Shown here in pieces: positions 38,557 through 50,142 of a stretch of DNA of 64,000 nt (position 1 is the first letter of the stretch; every line of letters begins with the position of its first letter). Position numbers and translations under genes: made by a program. The notes below the pieces were generated by a model. That model was not told the origin of the DNA and did no database searches. It was given only the letters and a program-made list of their open reading frames with translations. This stretch comes from Candidatus Hydrogenedentota bacterium (GTDB lineage: Bacteria > Hydrogenedentota > Hydrogenedentia > Hydrogenedentales > SLHB01): assembly GCA_963745075.1 (NCBI GenBank), contig CAVUWV010000014.1, positions 64,001 to 128,000 on the forward strand, read 5' to 3'.

Positions 38557-40611
38557 CTACGAAGCTTCCGCGGGGGCAATATTCGGCAAGGGCCCATCGC
38601 CGCCAACCAGTTGATCGCCTTTGATCTGCAGCACGTGGTCGTCATTGGCCACGTGAATCACGAGTTTCGTGCCGTCCATGCTCCAGGTTCCCTTCATACG
38701 GCGACCCACGCGCACTTCACCGTCCGCCAGGAACTGAATTCGGAACCGGCCGCTACGCCAAGTCGTCCCGACGATGCTTTCCGCAGTGACCGGGACGCCC
38801 AATCCCGGCCGCTCATTCTCGGCAATGATTCCGTCGGCATGTTGGGATACGTCGTCTTCGTCCACGTGCGCGTACCGGAAGTAGCCGATAAACATTTCTT
38901 CGAAGGTCTGTTCACCGAAATAGACCCATTTGTCCGGGTCGGGGTTCATCGGGTTGCTGATGGAATTGTCGAAGTCGCCCTCGCACCGGATGACCGTCCC
39001 GGCGGGTAGTATCTTCGGCTTGTTGAATTCGTACATGGTCTGCCAATTGAAATCGTAGTTCGGTACGTTCAGCAGTACTTCCGTAGAACCGTCCGGGTAA
39101 TCGGCCAAATACTTAAAATCCTTGCCGCGGTAGTGCATGTGCGGTGATACCGAGTAAAGCAGCGTGTCTTGCCCGACGCGGAATGCGGCTTTGGCGCCGT
39201 ACTTCGGATTACCTGGCGGAATTTCAAACTCCGTGTTGCTCGCCGCGCGGGTAAATAGCTCGCGCTTCGGTTTCCCGTCGTACAAATACAAGCCGAGCTT
39301 GCTCAGGTCGTCGGCCGGCTTGCCGGTGGTCGTGTAGTGCAATTGGAATATGAATTGAGACCCCGCGGGAACAAACTTAGCCGTTCCTTCGGGAAAGTAT
39401 GAGGGTTGCATCCCCGGTACGTACCCCGCGAAGAATCCATCCAACCCCATCTCGTAATCGGGTTGCAGGTGGCCCAGCCTATCGGGGTACTTGATGAAGA
39501 CCAGAACGTGATGAACCACCTGCCGTGCACCCGGAAGGACCTCCGCCGCCTTGACCCAGATGTCCTCCGTTCCCGTGTACGGAACGCGCACATACTGATA
39601 GTCCATCACGCCGTTTGCCGGCACATGAATCGGTTTCGGCAAGGGCACAACGATGTCGGGCTCACCCAAGGGCCAGGAGGACTCCAGCGGTTCCACTTTG
39701 GTCAGGGGGTCCTTCCCGCGTCCCCGTGGCGTATCGTCATCCAGCCAGGCCAGGAGCTGCCGAGTTTCGTCACGCGTAAGCGCGTTGTCATTTGCATAGT
39801 CGCCGTAATGGGGATCGGCATGCCACGGCGGCATTCGCTTGGCCATGACCACTTCGCGGATCATCCGTTTGTGATCGACCACCTCCTCGTAGCAGTCCAT
39901 GGGAAACGGCGCGATGTCGCCTTCCCGATGACAGGTCGCGCATTTCTCGCGAAGTAGCGGCCCGATATGGCTGGAATAGGAGACCTTCTTCGGCCCGGGC
40001 AGTTTGTCGATCAAGCAGCCCTTCGATTCGGTATGGGTCGTCTCCACCGGTTTCCCGGCCAGCACGGCGTCGAGCGCGTCCTGCAGCCAGTGATGCCGTG
40101 TCACCATGCGCTCGAACCCGTATCCCAACCGATCGTCAAGAGCGCCCCGGTACACGATCGTAAAGTCGGGCGGGACGATCAGGAAGGTTGTCGCCGTGCG
40201 GTCCACTTTCAGTTCATCGGTCACCGCTTGCGCATCGTCCAACAGGATCGGGAAATCGATATCGAATTCCTTGGCTTCTTCCACCACACTTTCCAGATCG
40301 TCACCCGGATTCCCGTCGATCAGGAGAAATGAGACGCCCTTGTCCGCGTACTCGTCCCGCAATTCGTTCAGCGTGGCGATACTTTTGCGCACGATAGGGC
40401 ACCCGTTCCCCGCGAAAAACAAGACGATAGCCTTGGACTCGCGGTACCGGTACAACTCGTGCGAATCACCGTTCTGGTCGTTTAATCGGAAGTTGTGAAC
40501 GATGGTGGGATAGGTTTCCTGCGTTTCCGGCGCGGCGTTTTCTTCGGCTTGCGCGGCGAACGCGATAGTCAGACACAAGACCAGCCCCGAGCAGCATAGA
40601 CGTACACGCAT
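38557..40611 (-). CDS. Redoxin + CxxCH + copper type II (PHM/DBH-like) monooxygenase fusion
   Basis: GCPI, YRGALDD, CATCH, MPPW, VVHH, LHY, PHMH, YDFNWQ, EEM. Confidence 0.85.
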   Translation of the reverse strand: MRVRLCCSGLVLCLTIAFAAQAEENAAPETQETYPTIVHNFRLNDQNGDSHELYRYRESKAIVLFFAGNGCPIVRKSIATLNELRDEYADKGVSFLLIDGNPGDDLESVVEEAKEFDIDFPILLDDAQAVTDELKVDRTATTFLIVPPDFTIVYRGALDDRLGYGFERMVTRHHWLQDALDAVLAGKPVETTHTESKGCLIDKLPGPKKVSYSSHIGPLLREKCATCHREGDIAPFPMDCYEEVVDHKRMIREVVMAKRMPPWHADPHYGDYANDNALTRDETRQLLAWLDDDTPRGRGKDPLTKVEPLESSWPLGEPDIVVPLPKPIHVPANGVMDYQYVRVPYTGTEDIWVKAAEVLPGARQVVHHVLVFIKYPDRLGHLQPDYEMGLDGFFAGYVPGMQPSYFPEGTAKFVPAGSQFIFQLHYTTTGKPADDLSKLGLYLYDGKPKRELFTRAASNTEFEIPPGNPKYGAKAAFRVGQDTLLYSVSPHMHYRGKDFKYLADYPDGSTEVLLNVPNYDFNWQTMYEFNKPKILPAGTVIRCEGDFDNSISNPMNPDPDKWVYFGEQTFEEMFIGYFRYAHVDEDDVSQHADGIIAENERPGLGVPVTAESIVGTTWRSGRFRIQFLADGEVRVGRRMKGTWSMDGTKLVIHVANDDHVLQIKGDQLVGGDGPLPNIAPAEAS

Positions 40612-40845
40612 ACTTCGTACTCCAGAATTCATTGAATCGTTTGTCACCAGGAACGGCTGTCCCGCTTCCAGCATAGGGGAGACGGGGAGGACTCCGCAAC
40701 CATCCTATTTACCGTTCGTAAGGATTTGGCCCTTGCTTGCCAACCAAAACCGACCCCAATACGACTGTCCGGCCGGCGAAAAGGTTTACATCGCGGCAAT
40801 ACAAGGGTTGATATTGCTTGAACCCGCTCAGTAGACTTTGCCGTT

Positions 40846-42432
40846 ATGCGTGATCCGGCAAGAAAGCCTCATCCCATGGTCGCACTGCGTCTGCGGTACA
40901 ACAATACCTACGACGCCGTGTCACTCTTGGTTTACATTCTTGCCATATACATCTGGGGAGTAATGATTTACCCCATGGGGCGCGACTTTACCGCCCTCTC
41001 CGATGCGGGCGCGCAATTGCCGTTTCTGGCGGCTTCCCTGTTCCGCGCGGAAATGGCACTGTTTGGTGCGTGGGTTCCCGGCTACCACCTGGTGAACTTG
41101 GCGCTTCTATATGCTTGCACGCTCTGCGTTTACCACTTTACAAACCTGACGGTTCGGGGCCTCTGGTGGTTCGGGACCCTGTCCGCCTGTATGTTTCTGG
41201 CCAACCCCGTGCACAGCGAGGCCATCCTGAATCTGTCCGGTGTTGGCGATCTCGTCCCGTGTCTGGCGGGCCTTCTGGCGCTGACGGCGTACGCGTGGCA
41301 GGTGCGGCGTCCCGCCCCCTGGAAGTTCGCGCTGGCTCTCGTTTTGCTGCTGTTCGCCACCGTCCCTTATCGCGCCAACGCAACGCTCGTACTCGTTATC
41401 GTGCTTTACGAAATGCTGGCGGCGCGTACCGGTGAACACAGCTTCGCCCGGCTGGGGACATTCTTTGTCGCGGGAGCAATTGGACTGGCCGTACATGCTG
41501 GGGAGATCGTCGCGTCCGGAGTGCAAATTGCCGAGCGCTTCACACCGCTCTATTTCCTCTTCTATCCGCTCGGCTTCCTACCCAAGACCGTTATCGCCTT
41601 TCACGCGCATCCCGCGTTGGCATGGCTGGCTGTTGCCGTCGTCATTCTGATTCTGGGCCTCATCTACCGGAAGGCACGCCGGCCTGTCATTCTCTTCGGT
41701 CTCCTCGCCATGGCCGCGCTGCGAGTCGGCCCGATAGATCGCCCCATCGACTGGGTGACCCTGATCGGCGGCGGCCAACTGCTTCTGGCCAACGCACTCT
41801 TCACGGTCGGGCTCGTTGCCTTGTTCTTCCGTATCATGGACCACCCGAAATGGCGGATCTCCATGGTCGGCACCACGACTACCATCGTTATCATTCTCTT
41901 TGCCATGCAGTTTATCTCCGTGCGCAGATGGAATGAAGCGGGGCACGAGGTCCGCCGCTTTCAACAACAGGCCTTAGAAGCGCACGAGAGGGGACCGATC
42001 GGCGTCTTGCCCGACTATCGCGCATACTACGGCGCGCCCATGAACCTGTCCGATTCGATTGCCCACGATTCGATCTTTAGTACGGCGGTTCCTGCGGTGA
42101 GCATACTGCCCATCCAAGGCGAACGGCCGGGGCGCCGCACTTTGAAGGTACGGACGTGGGGGAGCGATGGCGGTGAAATCGTCGTCTCGGGAGAAATCCC
42201 GAAGACCCCCGAAGGTATCTTTCCGAACCCGGCCGCGTTCAGCTTAGATGAGCACGCGGAAGTTCCGGTCGCGGCATTGGAACTGGACGCTACAATCCCC
42301 GTTGCCAACGCGACCGTACAGATAAGCGACGTGACCGTCGATTCGATGGTGATCGTGGTTCGCTCGAAAGGCGAAGCGTTGCCGGAAACCACCTTGCCGA
42401 ATACGGCGTCCGACGGCGAAGAACCAATCTGA
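40846..42432 (+). CDS. Membrane protein, GT-C/TMTC-like
   Basis: GYHLVNLALL, FLANPVHSEA, many TM helices. Confidence 0.65.
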   Translation: MRDPARKPHPMVALRLRYNNTYDAVSLLVYILAIYIWGVMIYPMGRDFTALSDAGAQLPFLAASLFRAEMALFGAWVPGYHLVNLALLYACTLCVYHFTNLTVRGLWWFGTLSACMFLANPVHSEAILNLSGVGDLVPCLAGLLALTAYAWQVRRPAPWKFALALVLLLFATVPYRANATLVLVIVLYEMLAARTGEHSFARLGTFFVAGAIGLAVHAGEIVASGVQIAERFTPLYFLFYPLGFLPKTVIAFHAHPALAWLAVAVVILILGLIYRKARRPVILFGLLAMAALRVGPIDRPIDWVTLIGGGQLLLANALFTVGLVALFFRIMDHPKWRISMVGTTTTIVIILFAMQFISVRRWNEAGHEVRRFQQQALEAHERGPIGVLPDYRAYYGAPMNLSDSIAHDSIFSTAVPAVSILPIQGERPGRRTLKVRTWGSDGGEIVVSGEIPKTPEGIFPNPAAFSLDEHAEVPVAALELDATIPVANATVQISDVTVDSMVIVVRSKGEALPETTLPNTASDGEEPI

Positions 42433-42471
42433 AAATTGACACCCATAGCAGGCGTCAGATAAGCACACAAC

Positions 42472-42552
42472 GGGGCACGGGCGTCTCGCCCGTGTGTTCG
42501 GGAGCCATGTTCCTGCAAGAATCCGTAAACACGGGCGGGAGGCCCGTGCCCC
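42472..42552. repeat. Inverted REP pair between convergent genes
   Basis: GGGGCACGGGCGTCTCGCCCGTGT ... ACACGGGCGGGAGGCCCGTGCCCC. Confidence 0.7.
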
Positions 42553-42561
42553 ATTCAACAA

Positions 42562-43269
42562 TCAGCGGGGGAAGAATCCGAAGGCCAGCCCAAACCCCAC
42601 ACAGGCAGCAAACAGGAGCGCGGCACACGCGGCCGTTGTGGAAAGCAACCGCCAACGGTCGAGCAAGGGAAGTACCGCATAGCCCATGCCATAGGCAATA
42701 GGCACGAACGCCGGGATCGCCCACCAATCCATGGGCGACGTGTCATAACGCCACATGCCAGCCCAGACGAAGAGATTCTCGCCGGCGAGTCCCATGCCAA
42801 ACGCGGTGAACCCGACCACCGCCATGGCCGTGCGTTTCCCGTATCCCATCGCGGCCAAGCGGTGGCTGAGATAATAGAGATGCGTGGACGCCTGCCAGCC
42901 GATGAGGATGCAATAGAGCGGCGTGTACCAGATCGTAAATCCAGGTGCGAGATACTCACCCCACCAACCAAGCGTCGCCGTCACAATCCCTTCGCCGACC
43001 GGCCACGCAAACCCGATGATCGCGCCGAAGATTAGCGCGTCGCGCAGGAGGCGGTCGCGCCGCAATGCCCATGCGATTTGAATCATTAACGGAATTGCGC
43101 ACGCCGCCTGGCACACCCCCACCGACTGCCACCAGCAATTCCCAATGAATGCCGCCAGCGCCGCGTGGTTTGTGACCATCACGACGGTATCTGTGCGGTT
43201 CCAGCTTCTACGAATCCGTTGCCAATGCTTGCGCATGGGGCACATCGTACCATGCGGGACGAATATCAA
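42562..43269 (-). CDS. Hypothetical membrane protein (start uncertain)
   Basis: Hydrophobic ORF with internally repeated E..GWW.Y / E..GMWRY pattern. Confidence 0.65.
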   Translation of the reverse strand: MIFVPHGTMCPMRKHWQRIRRSWNRTDTVVMVTNHAALAAFIGNCWWQSVGVCQAACAIPLMIQIAWALRRDRLLRDALIFGAIIGFAWPVGEGIVTATLGWWGEYLAPGFTIWYTPLYCILIGWQASTHLYYLSHRLAAMGYGKRTAMAVVGFTAFGMGLAGENLFVWAGMWRYDTSPMDWWAIPAFVPIAYGMGYAVLPLLDRWRLLSTTAACAALLFAACVGFGLAFGFFPR

Positions 43270-43293
43270 CGTTCGTCTGAATCGACCCGCGCA

Positions 43294-44223
43294 TCAGCAC
43301 GTCACATTCTTCCCTTCATGCCCGAATAGGGCAAGGCGGTCTTCGTCCCCCGTTTCAACGGCGGACGCGGGAATGAAGTGGTACTGCAACGCCCACCGGT
43401 AGTTTTCACTTCGGTTGACGGGCGTTCCGTGGGGGAGTTTGGAGTCGAAGAACAGCACGTCGCCCGCCTGCGCCGGTACCGCTGTCTGCGTGCGCCTCAC
43501 CGCGTCTTCGTCGCAGATCTGCCAGTCTCTTCGCCGCCAATGGACCTGCGGTCCATCGAGATGCGCGCCCGCCAGGACATGCATGCAGCCATTCTCCCGC
43601 GTCGCCTCGCCCAGGGAAATCCACGTGCCGACAATATTCGTGTCCAGCGGATAATTGAAATAGGCGTGATCCTGATGCCACGGCTTCTCGCGGCCCTGCG
43701 GCGGTTTGACCATCGCCATTTCCTGCAGCACGGCCGACCGTTCGCCGATCAACATCTCGACTACACACACCAACTCCGGTTTCTCCAGCATCGCGCGGAG
43801 TGGGGGATGATGCTCCGCGAACTGGTTGAACTTTCGCACGTATTTGGCCCGTTCTTCACCGGAAAGGATCGGCATGGACTCGCCGGTCTGGCCCAATGAG
43901 AGGTCTTCGATCTGCCCTGTCTCGCCGTGGCGCTTCCCGTCGGGAAGCCGCCCCGCAATTGCGTCACGGATCGTGCCTTCGAACCAGACCCCTTCGCACT
44001 GGGGATCGTCGGCACGGACCATGGCCTCCAACTCCGCCAGCGCCGCCGCCACTTCGTCCTGCGTAAACAGACCGCGCACGACGAGGTATCCCTCATCCCG
44101 GAACTGCTCCGCGTGGTCGTCCGTGACTGCGTCGAAACCCTGAATTCCCGCTGCGACCGCATCGGCGCGATATAGATTGGGATCGTGGTCCTCGACTTTG
44201 GTTTCCAGAATGACCCGCGTCAT
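43294..44223 (-). CDS. Phytanoyl-CoA dioxygenase (PhyH) family Fe(II)/2OG enzyme
   Basis: FRDEGYLV, PWHQD, ENGCM..GAH, GDVLFF..HGT, RWAL. Confidence 0.9.
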   Translation of the reverse strand: MTRVILETKVEDHDPNLYRADAVAAGIQGFDAVTDDHAEQFRDEGYLVVRGLFTQDEVAAALAELEAMVRADDPQCEGVWFEGTIRDAIAGRLPDGKRHGETGQIEDLSLGQTGESMPILSGEERAKYVRKFNQFAEHHPPLRAMLEKPELVCVVEMLIGERSAVLQEMAMVKPPQGREKPWHQDHAYFNYPLDTNIVGTWISLGEATRENGCMHVLAGAHLDGPQVHWRRRDWQICDEDAVRRTQTAVPAQAGDVLFFDSKLPHGTPVNRSENYRWALQYHFIPASAVETGDEDRLALFGHEGKNVTC

Positions 44224-44362
44224 GATGCAGTACTCCCGATTCGTCGAAGAAGTGTTGCCTTGCTGTGCTCGTCTGGTGGCCCGCAGTTGGACTAACCAAT
44301 TATGGGTACCACCCGAGTCGGCGTTCAAGACCCCGCGCTTGCAGAAAGCTATGTCGTGCCAA

Positions 44363-44493
44363 CACTGGGAGCGCCAGGCACCAGCCTGGCGGGGTTCGGA
44401 GCGTTTACTCGCTGCGATAAACCAACTACGATTGCACAGCCTCGTTGGATTCGCTCCGACTTTTCGCCAGGCTGGTGCCTGGCGCTCCCAGTG
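44363..44493. repeat. REPIN-like element with 29-bp perfect inverted repeat
   Basis: CACTGGGAGCGCCAGGCACCAGCCTGGCG 44363-44391 and its inverse 44465-44493. Confidence 0.85.
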
Positions 44494-44593
44494 ATTGTCC
44501 TAAGTGATTTCCCTGAACAATCAACCTGATTTGTCCACTCCATGCACAAGTGCTAATATCCCGCAATGCACGCAAGGTTAAGGGTCGTCCCCG

Positions 44594-45484
44594 TTGAGGA
44601 GATTGCCGCCATTGTCCAATGAACCCGTAATTCGCACCATGACCCGGGCCGAGATCGACGCATTGGTCGGCTGGGCGGCGCAAGAAGGGTGGAACCCCGG
44701 TCTCCACGATGCCGACGTATTCTGGGCCACCGATCCCGAGGCGTTTATTGCATCGGAACTGGACGGCGAGATGATTGGCGGCGGAGCCATCACGTCTTAC
44801 AATGGCGAATTCGGCTTCATGGGGTTCTTCATCATGCGGCCCGAATTCCGCGGCCGGGGGCTGGGCAATGCACTCTGGCATGCCCGTCGCGAACGGCTCC
44901 TCGCGCGCTTGCGCCCCGGCGCAGCCATTGGTATGGACGGCGTCTTCGCGATGCAGGACTACTACGCCAAGGGCGGCTTCGTCTTCTCCCACCGCAACAT
45001 GCGTTTTCAAGCCGAGATCCCCGAGCATCCGGAACCGGCGCCGGTGGACGGCGAAGACATCATTCCGCTGAACAATGTTCCCTTCGACGAGGTTCTCGAA
45101 TACGACCGCACCTGTTTCCCCGCCCCGCGTCCGACGTTCCTAAAGAAGTGGATTTCCCTGCCCGAATCGCTCGCTCTCGCGTGCCAACGCGATGGAAAGC
45201 TGAGCGGATTCGGCATGGTGCGGCGCTGTCGAATCGGGTGTAAGATTGGCCCCCTGTTTGTGGACGACGCCGAGGTGGCGGAAGCCTTGTTCGCGCGCTT
45301 GTCGCCGTTCGCTGCGGGTGGCCCCGTGTTTCTGGATGCCCCCGAGAACAATCCCGCCGCAATCGAGTTCGTGCACCGGCACGAGATGGTCGAGGTGTTC
45401 GGCTGCGCGCGCATGTATCTCGGTCCACCGCCCGATCTCGCGCACGACCGCATCTTCGGCGTCACGACCTTCGAGCTGGGCTGA
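44594..45484 (+). CDS. Tandem-GNAT N-acetyltransferase (YitH/HolE-like)
   Basis: [29 protein letters not shown]. Confidence 0.88.
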   Translation: MRRLPPLSNEPVIRTMTRAEIDALVGWAAQEGWNPGLHDADVFWATDPEAFIASELDGEMIGGGAITSYNGEFGFMGFFIMRPEFRGRGLGNALWHARRERLLARLRPGAAIGMDGVFAMQDYYAKGGFVFSHRNMRFQAEIPEHPEPAPVDGEDIIPLNNVPFDEVLEYDRTCFPAPRPTFLKKWISLPESLALACQRDGKLSGFGMVRRCRIGCKIGPLFVDDAEVAEALFARLSPFAAGGPVFLDAPENNPAAIEFVHRHEMVEVFGCARMYLGPPPDLAHDRIFGVTTFELG

Positions 45485-46377
45485 TGTCCGAGCGCGATCT
45501 AGCCGGTTACGGCGGTAGCCCGCCCCATCCGCGTTGGCCGGGTGACGCACGCGTTGCAGTTCAGTTCGTGCTCAACATCGAAGAAGGCGCGGAGTCGTGC
45601 ATCCTTAACGGCGATGCGCAGTCCGAGACCTACCTGCACGAGCTGCCAGGCCGCCCGGCGCGCGCGGGAGAACGGGACCTCGGCGTCGAGAGCATGTATG
45701 AGTACGGGTCGCGTGCGGGCGTGTGGCGTATTCTGGATCTGTTCAACGCCCGCGATCTGCCGCTGACCGCCTTCGCCGTCGGCCAAGCACTGGAACTCAA
45801 TCGTGCGATTGGCGCAGCGCTTCGAGATGCCGGGCACGAGGTCGCAGGGCATGGCTATCGTTGGATTGATTACCACCAAGTCCCCGAAGACGAAGAATTG
45901 CTGCACATCCAACGCACCATCGAGGTTATTGAACGAATCTGCGGCAAGCGCCCCGTTGGCTGGTACACGGGCCGGGTCAGTCCGAACACGCGTCGCCTGC
46001 TAGGAGAGATCGGCGGGTTTCGCTACGACTCCGACGCCTACAACGACGACCTGCCCTATTGGCTCCCCGGATCGCCTCCACACCTCGTGATCCCGTATAC
46101 GCTGGTCAACAACGACGCGCGCTATCTCTTGCCCAACGGCTTTTCCTCCGGCGAAGACTTCTACCAACACCTCAAAGATGCCTTCGACCTGCTCTGGCAG
46201 GAAGGCGCGCACTACCCCAAGATGATAAGCGTCGGCCTCCACGGCCGGATCAGCGGTCACCCCGCCCGCGCCATGGCGCTCGCCCGCTTCCTCGATTACG
46301 TGCAAGGCCACGACTCGGTGTGGATCTGTCGCCGCGAACAGATCGCCAAGCACTGGTTGGCCGAACACCCGGCCTAG
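45484..46377 (+). CDS. puuE: Allantoinase PuuE (polysaccharide deacetylase fold)
   Basis: [53 protein letters not shown]. Confidence 0.88.
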   Translation: MSERDLAGYGGSPPHPRWPGDARVAVQFVLNIEEGAESCILNGDAQSETYLHELPGRPARAGERDLGVESMYEYGSRAGVWRILDLFNARDLPLTAFAVGQALELNRAIGAALRDAGHEVAGHGYRWIDYHQVPEDEELLHIQRTIEVIERICGKRPVGWYTGRVSPNTRRLLGEIGGFRYDSDAYNDDLPYWLPGSPPHLVIPYTLVNNDARYLLPNGFSSGEDFYQHLKDAFDLLWQEGAHYPKMISVGLHGRISGHPARAMALARFLDYVQGHDSVWICRREQIAKHWLAEHPA

Positions 46378-46477
46378 CAGCAGGTTTGGGTCGGTTCTTG
46401 GTTGCAGGTCGTTCCGGCGCTATCATCGACACAAAGGGTGAGCGTATTATCGTCCGGATCGTCTGCGAGGAGTATCT

Positions 46478-47936
46478 ATGTTACGTCGCCGGGAGTTTTT
46501 GAAAGGTTTGTTGGCAGGAACCGCCGCGGTTGCCACGGGATCATTCACCGGCTGCGCGACCGTTTCGCGCCCGCGCCAGTCGCGTCCCAACATTCTCTTC
46601 ATTGTCGCCGACGACATGGGGCCGTGGGCGTGGGGGTACGGGGGACATCCGGACGCGCGGACGCCGAACATCGACCGGTTGCGCAAGAGCGGCGCGAACC
46701 TGACCAACTACTTCGTGACCACACCCGTGTGCAGTCCGGCGCGGGCGAGCCTGTTTACCAGCCGCTACCCCTCCGAACTCGGCATAATCGACTACCTGAG
46801 TCCAAGCATCGATCCCAGCATTGGGCTCGATCCCAATCTGCCGACCTTTCCGGGGCTGCTCGATAAAGCGGGTTACGACTCCGCCTTCTTCGGCAAGTGG
46901 CACGTGGGGAAGGCGGAACCCCATCTTCCGCAACAGTTCGGCTACGACGTATTCAAAGGGATGGCGGCAAGGCGCGGAGATTTCGAAAGACCCGCTCGTC
47001 GAGATTGACGGTGTCGAACGGCGCGTCAAAGGGTATTCGCCGGACATCATCACGGGCTACGCCATCGACTATCTCCGGGAGGAACGCACAAAACCGTTTC
47101 TGCTTTCCCTCCATTTCTTCGCGCCCCACGCGAATACGGAAAACCGTTCGCCCGACGGGGATCGCACGTGGCTCCCGCTGAGCGATGCGGATTGGGAACC
47201 CTTCAAGGATCTTGAACCGACCTTCCCGCAGCCGCAACATCCGAAGCTGGACATCCCGCGCGCCACGCGCATGACCCGCGAATACCTCGCCAGCGTGCAT
47301 GCCGTAGATCGCAACGTGGGGAAGGTGTTGGATACCCTCGAAGCGCAAGGTCTCGCCGACAATACGATCGTCGTCTTCACGTCCGACCACGGGTTTAATA
47401 TGGCCCACCACGGCATTTGGCACAAGGCCAACGGCCGGTGGCTCCTCATCGACAACCAGGGAAACCGTCCGAATCTCTGGGACACCTCCATGCGCGCCCC
47501 GGCCATCGTCCGCTGGCCATCGCACATCCGGCCCGGCAGCACGGTGAACCACACCACGTCCAACCTCGATTGGCTCCCCACGTTAATGGCGATGACGGGC
47601 CTCCCGCTTCCCAACGACGCCATCGTGCGCGGGCACGACATCCTGCCGTTGTTGCAGGGTCGCTCGCCCCGTTGGAACGACGACTACTTTGGACAGTTCC
47701 ACCAATGGCCCAGTCGGGGCACGGACGTCAACATGCGCGTGTACCGCACGCCGGAATGGAAACTCATCCGCGACCTCACGCGAACCGGCGCGGACGAGTT
47801 GTACCATCTCGAAACCGACCCCGACGAGTGGCAGAACCTGATCCACTCCAGAGATCCCGTCGTCGTCCGCCAGCGCGACATCCTCGACCAAGAACTGCGC
47901 GAGGCGATGCGAGAAATTGGGGATGATGGGGCTTAG
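46478..47936 (+). CDS. Tat-exported Cys-type sulfatase; frameshift near 46960
   Basis: RRREFLK, PNILFIVADD, CSPARAS, GKWH, then FTSDHG..HGIWHK in the second frame. Confidence 0.9.
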
Positions 47937-48027
47937 ATTATGGGGAGGAAAGTCTGTGGCATTTTTACGGCTTGATTGCAGGCACCGTGACTGCGGTTCG
48001 AAATCCGAACGGAACTCCGGAGTGAAT

Positions 48028-49321
48028 ATGATCAGCAATGTAGCGCAGGCGTCTCGCCTGCATCTTGTCGAGCTTGAAACCGAAACCTTGCAGGCGAGAC
48101 GCCTGCGCTACATTTCCATCTTCGCGTGGACGCTAATGGCCATGTTGCTCACGGTGCTGCTTATCGTGCCCGTCCAAGCCGAAGCAGCCGAAACCGCGCC
48201 TGTCAAAGCCGTCCCGAAAGCGGGCAAGACCGTCGATCCGCCGCTTTCGGAGGACCTCCCCGAGGCGGCGTTGTCCGTGCCGGTGCTGGGTTCCATTGAC
48301 TGGCACACGGCCGAGTTGCCGTGGGTGGGGCCGGGGCCGGACGCGGGCATCAGCGGTGTGGGCATGGTTGTCGTCGAGGACCGGATCTATGTTATCGGCG
48401 GATTCATCCCCGGCGGCGACGAGACGGAAGACGCGGCCAGCCGCCGGACTTCGCGCTGGACGTGGCGGTACGACCCGTCAACGGGAGAAATGGGAACGCC
48501 TCGCCGACGCGCCCGTGCGCCGCGAGTACACCCGCGCCATCGCGGCGGACAACAGCATCTTCCTCGTGGGCGGCGCCTGCCAGTACAAAGGGCAGGACCC
48601 GCCGTACCGCGTTCATGGGGACTGCGTTCGCCTCGACCTCTCCGAAGACCCGCCCGCCTGGCACGCGCACAGCCAGCTCAACGTGCCGCGCACGCACATG
48701 GCCGTCGGGCACGCCGGGGACTACCTGATCGTCGCGGGCGGCAACGAATACGACTTCGCCGAGGGCGGGTACAGCCACCAGACCATTCGCGGCACCACCG
48801 AAGTCTTCGATCTGACGCATCCCGACAAGGGTTGGCAAGTCAAGACGCCCATCCCCGGCGCCGCCCGCGGGTGGACCGCGTCCCTGGTTGCTGAGGGAAA
48901 ACTCTATCTCTTTGGTGGGATCACCTGGTCGGAATCGAACGCGATCGTCGCCACGCGGGAAACACTCCGGTACGATCCCAACACAGATACCTGGCAACAA
49001 CTCGCCCCGCCGCCCCTGCCCATGTCTGCATGGGAAGGCGCCGTCTACCACGGCCGCTACGCCATCCTCGTCGGCGGCGTCGTCCGCAACGGCGAAGACG
49101 CGCCCAAGCCCATCGTTTGGTCCGACCTCGCCTGGGCCTACGACCTCAACGAGAACCACTGGTACCGCATGGACGGCGCCCTGCCCCCCGGCGCCGTCTT
49201 CAACGACCCCGGTGTCGCCATTATCGGCGACACCATCTACGTCCTCGGCGCCGAAGGCCCGTATGGGAGTCACTACAACTATTTCTTGTCCGGGCGGATC
49301 GCTATCAGATATCCGAAATAG
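48028..49321 (+). CDS. Secreted Kelch-repeat protein; frameshift near 48490
   Basis: Repeated IYVIGG...RYDP...W units across ORFs 47917 and 48296; RBS GGAG before ATG 48028. Confidence 0.82.
48037..48114. repeat. Inverted GTAG-REP doublet
   Basis: AATGTAGCGCAGGCGTCTCGCCTGCA ... TGCAGGCGAGACGCCTGCGCTACATT. Confidence 0.85.
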
Positions 49322-49689
49322 CCTTAACGGAAGTCAGGACAGTTGGTTTAGCCATTGAGAATCGTAAGCGTCCTGTGAACGGGATCTTACCCCTTTTCCT
49401 GGATCATGGGAGACAATAGCGCAGTTCGGCTGCGTTCGCAGTCCGCAATCTGCAGTCGCCATTTCTTATGAAAAACCTTGCTTCCATCTATGGCGGTATA
49501 GGTGTATACTACCTCTACCCAGTACACTGGTTGCCATCGGGCAGAACTATCCTGTGGTGGGAGCACTGGAAAGATTCGCCAGGTCGGTGGAATGGGGCCA
49601 CGGTTTAAGGGGAGTGACCGCGTACTCATATTAGCGAAAAATCTGTCGGGAGGCAATACTGTGATCGCGACGAAAAACCATACCTTTCA

Positions 49690-50142
49690 TTGCACGTTTC
49701 TTTCCTTCATGTAATTATCCCAATAGTATTTGGGGGAATAATCTATCTTCTCTTTCGGCGCGACTCTTTGTTGATGTTTCGCTGGGTGGACGCACTTGGG
49801 GCACAACCGATTCTCAATGAGGCGCGAAGCCACTTAAAGTCGTTCGGCACCGTCACTACCCAATGGTTTCTTTATTCCCTGCCCGACGGGTTGTGGGTCT
49901 ATTCCTGCACTGCCTACATGATTCTTGTCTGGGATAGGAGATTGTCGTTACAGAGCCTGCTCTGGTTGGTGTTGCCAATTTCACTCGCTGCTGGCGGTGA
50001 AATGGGACAAGCACTGGGTATCGTTCCCGGTACCTACGACGAGATAGACCTTACACTCTGCTTCCTCGGGGCGACCGCTCCGTTCGTATTCCTGATTCAA
50101 ATTCCGCTTGTAGAGACACAAATCCAGAGGAAAATGACATGA
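49690..50142 (+). CDS. Hypothetical membrane protein
   Basis: GGIIYLLFR, YSLPDGLW, E.GQ..IVPGTYD.ID. Confidence 0.7.
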   Translation: MHVSFLHVIIPIVFGGIIYLLFRRDSLLMFRWVDALGAQPILNEARSHLKSFGTVTTQWFLYSLPDGLWVYSCTAYMILVWDRRLSLQSLLWLVLPISLAAGGEMGQALGIVPGTYDEIDLTLCFLGATAPFVFLIQIPLVETQIQRKMT

